A stretch of 64,000 nt of DNA, taken from Tricharina praecox (lineage: Eukaryota). Shown piece after piece: positions 10,404 through 21,000 of this stretch; position 1 is the stretch's first letter, and every line of letters starts with the position of its first letter. The translations under genes were made by a program, and so were the position numbers. The notes under the pieces were generated by a model that saw only the letters and a program-made list of their open reading frames with translations, did not search any database and had not been told where the DNA came from. The stretch covers positions 62,001 through 126,000 of the forward strand of contig NW_026250432.1 in the NCBI RefSeq assembly GCF_024521635.1, given 5' to 3'.

Positions 10404-13400
10404 ATGAGCCATTCGCCGAGCTCTGGTACGCCACCTGTTATGGAGGTGTGGCTGGATGAACGGCTCGTGGAGATTCGTACTAGGGAAGACATGGAAGCAG
10501 CGCTTTCTCAGGTTGATGATTCGGTATGTATAGTACGTGTAAATACGTGGCGACTTGCTACTATCTACTATGTAGTATCTACCGTATATCGCTGATACAC
10601 ATCCTTTATGTAGGAGTTGGACGATAAACTGGTTCTCTTCAAGTGGGTTCCTCGATAGTAAAAACTTATCTAGGTCTACATATGCTGATCAGAAACAGCT
10701 ACTCACAGGACGCTCCACACTGGTTGTTGGACATACTCTACAGACGCTTCGGGGCACTGTTGAACGGATCGCAAATACCGGCGATTTTAGGATCGGCATA
10801 TGTCAGCCGGCGTGGCGAGTCTTTGGGGTTTTCGGCAGGCAGTGGAAGTTCCTCATGTGTCTGTGAACAGTGTTCTGGAGATCCCAAGACCACCTGCGGT
10901 ATGTGCAGGATTGTTTCGGGCATTGGGATACCTACATCGCTCACGAAACAATCCGTGGTTCGTGGGCAAAAATTCCCCACAACTTCAGGTGGCAGTGCCC
11001 GGCGGCCGCGGAGGCAACAGAAGTGTCGCGAAGAAAGAGCGGGAGGCTCTGGGCGCCCGACTGGTAGACATATCGTCAGATGAGAAAACGATTACCTTCT
11101 ATCGTTCAAAGTGAGTTATACTACTATTCAGAAGTCATCCACGATCTGAGCTGACGACAGGTTGGAGACGCCGATTCAGTCGCCGGGAGTGTCTGGTCTT
11201 CTATAGCATTGCCGCCGGTGGTAGACCGTATCACTTCAATCCACGATGAAAGTACTCTGAAAGCCGGACCGGTGCACGTATGCCGCCTACACCTACCTCA
11301 CTTTTGACTTCTTGTCTGAGTGGTGTATGCGATAGTTGGGATACCCTCATCGACTGCTATAAGCAACTGTTGTCCGACGCAGTACGTTTTCCGTTCAAAC
11401 CCGAGTTATGTCGCGGTTTCCACGTTGGCCCCGCTTTGGTCAACGCCGGCGCCGCCAACTAATGATGATTACGATTGCTGAGGTCCAAATTCATATAGAG
11501 CAAACAGATCTTGAGCCAAAGCGAACTGGACTGTCAACTCTTCATTCGATCCTTGGTTACTGTTGCCGACATAGCAACCCGGCTCGAGATCGCGCAGCGG
11601 GAGCAAAGTGGGAGCATTGAGGCCATACTACTAGCCACGGACGGGAGTAGTATGACTCGGAAGTGGTATCCGCCTTCGATGACAAACGAGGGCGCAACGC
11701 AAGAAGTACGGAAGGAGGAGGACCCTAGTAGCGACCTGAACAGAGCACTGGAACAGCTGAAAAATAACGCCGCCGTTGTACAAACGAATTTGAGTGAGAG
11801 GGTTGATGTCTTGATTCAGAGGGTAGCATTGGACGCCCACTCTTCGCAGGGATTCTTCTAATAATCCTGTTCATACTTAGTCGTCCAACATCGTGTCAAT
11901 CGACGAGGCTTGCAAAGTCAGAGAGCAGAACGCCAGCATCAAGAGACTATCATGGATTACCGTAACTTCACCACTGCTCCAATATTCCATGCCTCACTAA
12001 TCATTTCTGTCTATTAGTTCGTCTTCCTGTCGTCTCGGTGGGCCCCTATCTTATACCGGTATATTCGGAAACTTTGAGAGTTGCTTTCTGATCACTGCAA
12101 TTGTATAACAGAGTTTGTACGGGATGAATGTCGACTTGCTTGCAGACAACCCGCAGTGGACCAGCTATTTCTACATCGCCGTACCAGTATTTCTAGCCGT
12201 GATTTTGACCGTGGGTTTCCTAAAGTATCTCCGAGGTCCACTGAGAGAATTCAGCGAGATGTTCTACAACGGTATACCTACGATTTCGCGAATTCAGGGG
12301 GGAAAGTCCAAGATTCCGGATGAGGAAAACCACATTTCTTCCGCAACCGCGGATCCGAGATATAAGGGGCCATTCATCCATGCAATCGGCTCGGGCCATA
12401 GTAGCATGGTTCACGATCTCCTAACCGCCGAAGCTGTGGACATTAATTGGAACGATGGGAAAATGGCGGCATTGCAATATGCAGCAGGCTTTGGAGACGG
12501 TGCAATGGTCGAGCAGCTTTTAGCGATGGGCGCCGATGTACATGCCAACCCACAGCCGAACGGTGGAAGAACGGCTCTTCAGGCAGCATCGGAAGGAGGG
12601 CATCTTGCAATCGTGAAACGGCTCTTGGAGAAGGGGGCCAATGTCAATGCAGCACCTGCAAAATCCGAAGGACGAACAGCCCTGCAGGCGGCATCGGAAG
12701 GAGGCCATATTGCAATAGTAGAGCGGCTCTTGGAGAGAACGGCGGATGTCAATGCGGCCCCTGCAAGATACGGAAGAACGGCCCTCCAAGCAGCAGCTGA
12801 TGGGGGGCACCTCATAGTAGTGGAACGGCTATTGGCGATGGGGGCCCGTGTCAACGCAGCACCGGCAGGATGTAGAGGAAGAACAGCCCTACAAGCAGCA
12901 TCGCAAGGAGGCAACCATGCCGTAGTGGAACTGCTCTTGGATAATGGAGCCAGTGTTAACGTGGCGCCAGCTGAAATCGAAGGACGAACAGCCCTACAAG
13001 CAGCTTCGGAAGGAGGCCATCTTGCGGTAGTGGAACAGCTCTTATTGAAGGGAGCTCATATCAATGCAGCACCAGCACGATCCGAAGGGCGAACAGCGTT
13101 ACAAGCAGCATCGGAAAGAGGCCACCTTTCAGTAATTAAGCGGCTCTTGGAGAATGGGGCCGATGTCAACGCAACACCAGCCGATCGAAAAGGAAGAACA
13201 GCACTACAAGCGGCCTCGCAAGGAAATCACCTCTTGGAGAAGGGGGCGCATGTCAACGCGGAGCCAGCAAAATCAGAAGGACGAACAGCCCTACAGGCTG
13301 CATCGGAAAAAGGCGATCTCGCCATAGTGGAGCGGCTGCTGGAGACAGGAGCGGATGTCAACGCAGCGGCGGCAGAATGGTCGGGAAGAACCGCCCTACA

Positions 13401-14395
13401 AGCAGCATCCGAAAGAGGCAACCTTTTCATTGTAAAGAGACTCTTGGAGAATGAGGGAGATTCCAACGCCGCACCAGTAAAACTCGGAGGACCTGCACTA
13501 CAAGCAGCATCGGAACGAGGCCATCTTGCTGTAGTGAAAAGACTCTCGGAGAAGGGGGCATATGTCAACGCAGCACCTGGAGAATGTAAAGAGGGAACAG
13601 CCCTACAGGCTGCGTCGGAAGGAGGCCACCATGCAGTAGTTGAACAGCTCCTGGAGAGTGGGGCCAATACGAATGCAGCGCCAATAGAATGGTCCGGAAG
13701 AACAGCTCTCCAAGCAGCATCGGGCAGAGGCCATCTTTCGGTGGTGGAGCGACTCTTGGAGAATGACGCCGATGTCAATGCGGCGCCAGCCAGATTCGAC
13801 GGAAGAGCAGCCCTACAAGCAGCGTCGGAAGGAGGTCACCTTGATGTAATGGAGCAACTCTTGGAGAAGGGGGCCGATGTCAATGCCGCACCAGCAGAGT
13901 ACGGGAGAAAAGCTCTATAAGCAGCATCAGAAGGAGGTCATCTTGCGGTAGTGGAGCGGCTTCTGGAGAGTGGAGCCAATATGAATTCAGCGCCGGCGGA
14001 ATGGTCCGGAAGAACCGCCCTCCAAGCAGCATCTGGCGGAGGCCATCTTGCAGTGGTTGACCGACTGTTGGAGAATAGAGTCGGTTTCAAGGCCCCGCCA
14101 GCAAGATTCAACGGAAGGACAGCCCTGCAAGCCGCATCGGCAGGTGGCCATCTTGCGGTGGTGGACCGACTCTTGGATAGGGGGGCGGATGTCAATGCAG
14201 GACCATCAGTCTGAAGAGGAACCGCCCTACAAGCAGCATCATCAGGCGGCCACCTTGTCATAGTGGAGCAGCTCTTGAAGAAGGGAGCCGATGTCAATGC
14301 CATCAGACTGGGGAAATACAGCCTTGCAAGCAGCATTGAAAGGAGACCATCTTGCGGTAGTGGAGCGGTTACGCAAAGCAGGTGCCACAACGTAA
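10404..14395 (+). pseudogene. CorA-like TM + ankyrin paralogue 3, disrupted
   Basis: Start MSHSPSSGTPPVMEVWLD; LYGMNVDLLADNPQWTSYFYIAVPVF module; ~18 divergent ANK units. Lesions: TGA 11247 (Trp in paralogues), shortened TM1 exon near 12020-12040, partial repeat deletion near 13230, TAA 13918 (CAA in other units), TGA 14212 and a frameshift near 14310. Confidence 0.82.
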
Positions 14396-15049
14396 GAAGG
14401 TGCGAACCATCTCCAGAAAGCCTTCTGTTTCCCAGCTTTGGATTCTGATATCATGCTCGCAGAGATTGAACTGACCGTCGACTGCTTTGACGACGATAGA
14501 ATGTGCGTGATCAAGTGGGTGTTGATGTACGGGATTTATCATTAATTGTCGGTGGGATATCGGAGGATAACTGACGATGGGATTATGGGTTTCTTTTGGT
14601 GAATATATGGATCATGGATGACTAGAATTTGCTCGCGTTACCTTACTCACTGAACTCCAACTTCGCTATCATCATGCATTATCACCCGATGGCATGCTTC
14701 GGATTGACTGTCGGAAAGTATGAATGAATACCTAGTGTATTGAGAGAGTCTGAAGGCCTCGGGAGAAAACATAAAAGTGGGGTGGTAGGTGGCCAGTGCT
14801 CCTACCGCCGTCATGATCACGCAATGAACGACCAAGTAACGGACGAGTAAGGAGCGAACGACTCGATATTACAACATTGACCTCAGCTATTCCTATCAAT
14901 TGGCGCAATTCACCTCCGTCGGGACTACAGTCGGGTCTTCCTACCATGAATGGATGCTGTTCGTCAATCCTTGCCTTGGTCTTGCTGGTGATCTCGCTGA
15001 CGACGACTTGCAAACGTAAATACCTTCGCGAAACAATGATTTCAGTTTA

Positions 15050-15463
15050 GGGACCGTTTGGATGGCCTCAGTTTTAGCGAAAACTGTCAGTTTTTCGAGA
15101 AACTGAGCAAATAGAACTGAGACCCCGTTTGGATGGCACAAAAACTTAAAAAAAGAAACCGAAACCGTGCGGCTCCAGCGACGAAACTGATACTGACCTC
15201 AAGAGGTCATTTCTTTGCCGCCACTTAGTATCGCATTTTAACTTCAACCATGAGAAAAAAGCGGGGCCACAATGTGTCCACTATTAGAGTTCTGGTGAAG
15301 CCTATTATTCAGACTTATGGCTGAGGAATCTGAGAACTGCCAAACACTCTGTTCACCTTACAGTTCTCCGGAAACTGAAACTGGACAGAATTCGGTGTCC
15401 CGTCGGGGAACTGAATTTCGCTCTAAAACTGGAACTGAAAACTGAGGCCATCCAAACGGGCCC
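15050..15463. mobile_element. PIF/Harbinger-type (Tourist-like) MITE, copy A
   Basis: 26-bp TIRs GGGACCGTTTGGATGGCCTCAGTTTT / AAAACTGAGGCCATCCAAACGGGCCC with one mismatch, flanked by TTA on both sides. No coding capacity; a related copy lies at 35919-36435. Confidence 0.88.
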
Positions 15464-18050
15464 TTAGATATCTACATCCATTGCACCCAAGGTTTATATT
15501 CACCAGCTCGTAAGATGTAACATGTTGGACATAAACCCGTATGCTAATCCCGCAAAAACGATAAGTTTATGGATTGGTTTGTGGGCGGGAATGCGGGCAG
15601 CAGCGGGTTAGTAACGATTTGATTGTACCAGCACAATGATTGTCGAGACGATTCGGACGAAAGGGTGGGAATATGGGCAACGGGGGGGCTTAGTAATTGA
15701 TTTCTCGTCTCCGTTTCGTTTCAGTTTTCTACCTGGGCCGAGACTGGGCCCCGGTACCGGCTGCTGCTCGCCCTGTAGATATATACCCTTGGTTCCGAAC
15801 TCTCTTTATGTACCAGTCTCTGGCTTCCTACCAATTCTTCTCAGATATATACCTAATCCTCTTTCGGTGAGCTAACAAGGCCGAGAGGGACATGCGTCGT
15901 CGTCGTCGTCGTCCGGACTCCGGACCGGTTGCCGTGGCAGCGATTCACAGCTTGTGCGTCCGGCTAGTCCAGCACACCAGGTCTCCAAGTCGATATCTGG
16001 TTCATTCGATCGGAGTTTATCCAGGTGCTGGCGGGCTTGTTGGGCGTGCATCGGGCCAGACCCGGAGCCTCGCTGCGCATTCTTCGCACACCTGGCTGCT
16101 TGGGTTTCGGTGAACATGGTGGCTCTTCCCCGCATTCGTCGTTTGACTGTCCCCCACCGCATGCCCTCGCGCTCGCTGCGTGTTGCGCCTCGGAGAGTGG
16201 GTTAGTCCTGCAAAACTCCCGCGCCCGCCGCCGTAGTCCGAGAACATGATTCCAATGGCTCGGTGGGAACAGGACTTTCCCCACGGCATGGAAGTCGATC
16301 TGACAGACCACTGTCAATCCCCCGATAAACGCAGTGGTGCCTCTCGTTGCGGTGGATGCACTAGGTAACTCGAGTCTTGATTTTCGACCGCGAAATAATC
16401 ACCAATAGGTAGTTACCTACTCCATCCTGTTGAAGGGCTTCGACTGGCTACTTCCTAGTAACTCGTGACGCGTTTCTGATGGAAATTGTTGCCCGTGAAT
16501 GTTCCGATCCTGTATGTATGTAACCATGGTGGTCGTGTGCTGGCGGGGGAAAAAGTAACGCTGCAGGCGGAGGGGAGCCCGCCTGCAGCGTTAAAGTAGC
16601 GCACAGGCGCAGGGTCATCCGCGGCAAAGTCGATGTAACCTCTTCTCCGCCCAAGTACTTTGCATCAATAAATCCAAACCCTTCTGCAGTAACCTCTCAT
16701 CACATACCGCAAATCTGATGATTGGAAGCCTATATCGTATGTGCGGCCAACAATCCAACCGGCTCCGTCCCAAGCGGATCTTAACCTCGACACGCTCTCG
16801 ACCTCGTCCCCTCGCAATTTAAAGCGGGAGAACCACTCCACCATGACGAACAACATGGTACCGGAGGTTTACGATGAGTCGATAGAACAGAGGGGCACGA
16901 AGGAGGGTTTGGGGCAGGAGGTCGCGATATTGAGCCGAAGTGAACAGCGGAGGAGAGCCCATTGCCTACACGATGCGACACCCCGTTCACTGATCGCCCA
17001 TGAGTACCTACCATATTCCGCCGCCCTCTCGCACAACAGCCACAGAGTGGAGGGGAAGGGCTTGCAGTGTGACTACACGTTTAGGGCCAGTCACAACATC
17101 TGCAGCTGACGGCCAAACCCGCAAATTCAGACAATCAACAAACAACCAAACGACAGGCACGGACTTCCGCCTCCAAATCGACCGAATGAAAATCGCCGAA
17201 GCGCAGACGAGAAGGAGTGGAAATCGAGCAGGCTTTAGTGATGTTCTGGTAAGTTCGCAAACGACGGGAGGATTCGGAAGGGAGAAGAATATAAAAAAGT
17301 GCGCCGCAGGTCTCGGTACGAGGGGGACAAAAAGTCTCACACATCGGCGCAATTGGGCTTTACGTATTGCGCGCAAGTTGGGAACAGCTGGGTGCTTCAC
17401 GCGTTGAGAACCAGGTATCTACGCCCTTATCATTGTGAGGATACGGTGAACGGCTCACGAGGTGAAGAAACTCGTGTTGTGTTCTCATCCTTGTCCTGCA
17501 TGCCGGCAACTCCGCATTTCCCTCCCTTCCTTCGGACTCCTTCCAATGCCAGAACAGCAAAGTGTTCACGAATTTACAGCCAACAATCAGTCCACCATGT
17601 TACGCTCAAAACTACCTCTTGTTTTATGCAAGAACTGCAGTCTCTCGCGTGCCGAGTGAAGGACTTCGGGAGGTCGTTGGTTGACTTCTGAAGTTCTGAG
17701 TCGGATACGCTGCGGCTGGGTGACACGTCGATAGCCCCACCGGCCAAAAACACCTCTGATAGGCCGGCTTCAGCACGCATGATTCACTTTCATGCTGTTC
17801 AGGTCCCAATCATGAACAAGCCACGGGCGGGCTTAGAAGCACATCCGTGCGTAGGATCTCTCGTCTTTTGCCGTCTCTCCATCTTTCCGTCACAACATTC
17901 ACTTCCCTCCTAATATCGGACGCCCTCGGATTTTGCCTACTCTGTGATCTTGAACTCGAACTTCACTACCTCGCTGCCAGAAGACCACCTATCTTTCGAC
18001 TGCTTGCTCTGTCACCTACAGTGTGCTCTCTCCGGCAAAGCCTTCCGGAA

Positions 18051-21000
18051 ATGAGCCATCCAAACTCGCGCACGCCACCTGTTATGGAGGTATGGCTAGG
18101 CGACCAGCTTTTAGAGATCCATACCCAGAAAGATCTAGAAGGGGCGCTTCGTGAGGTCGACAAGCCGGTATGTATAAGTGCTTGCATAAGTACTTATCGT
18201 CTTGCTGTTCATCGCTGATGCACTCTTTAGGGTTCGCAGGAAACCTTAGTTCTCTTTAAGTGAGTACCTCCTCAATTATGAGTACTAAATCCTGGATGTA
18301 TATACTTACCCAACATAGCTACACTCAGGACGGCCCTGACTGGTTGTTGCACGGACTATTCAGACGTTTCGGAACGGTGATGAGCGACTCCCGAATACCA
18401 GTGAATTTGGTATCGACGTTTGTGAGCCTACGTGACGAGTCTTCGGGGTTCGCGGCAGGGCATAGAAGCTCCTCATGTGCCTGTGAAAAATGTTCTGGCT
18501 ATTCTAAGACCCCTTGTGGTATATACTAGATTGGCTTGGGGTATTGCTCAGGACATCGCTAACTCAACAGTCCGTGGTTCTTGGACAAAATTTCCAGCTT
18601 ACGAAGAGGTGGATTACCCAGAAGAGGTGAGGCTGGACGACAAACATGTTTCCAAAAAACAGCGGAAGGCTCTTGACGCCCAACTGGTACATATCAGTCC
18701 CGATGAGAAGATAATAACATTTTATCATTCAAAGGCAAGCCCAGAAGGCTCTCGCGAAAAGCCGACGATTAAAATGCGCCAATTCATTCGCCGGGAGCAC
18801 CTAGTCTTCTATAGCCTTGCCGTTAGTGACGACCGAGAGTATCACTTCAACCCACGTTGGAAGTACACTGAAAACCGACCCGCGCCTACACCTACACCCA
18901 CAACTCTTCTGACTTCTTGTTTGAACGTTGTTTGCGATGATTGGGACAAGCTCCTCAACTGCTATAAGCAACTGTTGTCCGACGCAGTAAGTGCTCTGTT
19001 ACCTAAGAACTATCTGCAACGGATGAGTTTCTGATGTCCGCGTTAGAGCAAACAGATCTTGAGTCAAAGCGAATTGGATTGTCAACTCTTCATTCGGTCC
19101 TTGGTATCCGTTGCCGATATAGCCACCAGGCTAGAGGTCGCGCAACGGGAGCAATGGGGGAGCATTGAGGCCATGTGCAAAGACGGGAGTATGCCGAAGT
19201 GGCAACGGCGCCTACACAACGAGGACACAACGGCAGAAGTACGAGAAGGGAACTCGATCGAGCTGGGAAGCGACGACGCAACGCGGGTACGAAAAGCAGG
19301 CTCTACCGACTTGGAGAAAGCACATGGACGTCTTAAAGGTCTCGCTGAGATCATAGACACCAATTTAAGCAAGAGAGTTGATGTCTTAATTCAAAGGGTA
19401 TGAAAAGTTCAGCCTAACAAAAGGTTTCTTCCAATAACCTGTGCATAGTCATCCAATATCGTGTCCATCGACGAGGCGTACAAAGCTAGGGAACAGAATG
19501 CGAGCATCAAAAGACTATCATGGATTACAGTAAATTCACCAATCCAATGTCCCCGAGCCTGACTAACCATACGCACTGCCAGTTCATCTTCTTACCATTG
19601 CTATTCGTATCGGTAAGCAACATTACGTCCAGAAAAACTTGGGGAGTCGCTTTTCTGACCGACCAACAGAGCTTGTACGGGATGAACGTCGATTTGCTTG
19701 CAGACAACCCCCAATGGACTACATATTTCTACATTGCGGCACCGGTATTCGCGGGCGTAATGTTAGCGGTGGTTTTCCTAAAGAATGTTCGGAATTCAAA
19801 GCAACCATCCACATCGAGGTTCTTGAAGCCCATGTCGAAACTTATTACAACGGGATTGAGGTTAGGAAGAAAGACACAGATTCCTGACGAGGAAAACCAA
19901 ATACAACCTTCCTCAGCCGTGAACCACAGGTATAGAGTACCATTCGTTCACGCTATCAGCTCACGCCACAGCGGAATTGTTCGGGATCTCTTAAGTACTA
20001 ACGCTGTGGATGTGAACTGGAACGACGGCAAAATGACAGCATTGCAATATGCAGCGAGCTATGGCCACAGTGATAATGTGGAAAAACTTTTAGCAATGGG
20101 CGTTGATGTGAACGCAAGTCCACAAAAGGAGGGTGGAAGGACCACGCTTCAGGCAGCATCGCAAGGAGGCCACCTTGGAGTGGTGGATCGACTCTTGGAG
20201 GAGGGGGCCACTGTCAACGCAGATCCAGCAAGTCGTTCCGGAAGAACCGCCCTACAAGCAGCATCGGAAGGAGGCCACCTTGAAGTGGTGGATCGACTCT
20301 TGGAGAAGGGGGCCGATGTCAACGCAGATCCAGCAGGTCATTCCGGAAGAACCGCCCTCCAAGCAGCATCGGAAGGAGGCCACCTTGGAGTGGTGGATCG
20401 ACTCTTGGAGAAGGGGGCCACTGTCAACGCAGATCCAGCAGGTCATCCCGGAAGAACCGCCCTACAAGCAGCATCGGAAGGAGGCCACCTTGAAGTGGTG
20501 GATCGACTCTTGGAGAAGGGGGCCGATGTCAACGCAGCGCCATCAGATTGGCACGGAAGAACTGCCCTACAAGCAGCATCGGAAGGAGGCCACCTTGAAG
20601 TGGTGGATCGACTCTTGGAGAAGGGGGCCACTGTCAACGCAGATCCAGCAGGTGATTCCGGAAGAACCGCCCTACAAGCAGCATCGGAAGGAGGCCACCT
20701 TGGAGTGGTGGATCGACTCTTGGAGAAGGGGGCCGATGTCAACGCAGATCCAGCATATGATTACGGAAGAACCGCCCTACAAGCAGCATCGGAAGGAGGC
20801 CACCTTGAAGTGGTGGATCGACTCTTGGAGAAGGGGGCCGATGTCAACGCAGCGCCAGCATATTGGTACGGAAGAACCGCCCTACAAGCAGCATCGGAAG
20901 GAGGCCACCTTGAAGTGGTGGATCGACTCTTGGAGAAGGGGGCCACTGTCAACGCAGATCCAGCAGGTCATTCCGGAAGAACCGCCCTACAAGCAGCATC

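Noticed and set aside
19520..19669. N-terminus of the 1177-aa ORF as the true protein start
   Set aside because: It reads through two introns by chance. Homology with the paralogues places the start at 18051.
18051..20130. Canonical NLR (NACHT/NB-ARC) architecture
   Set aside because: No Walker A GxxGxGK(S/T) motif was seen in the reconstructed N-terminal exons.
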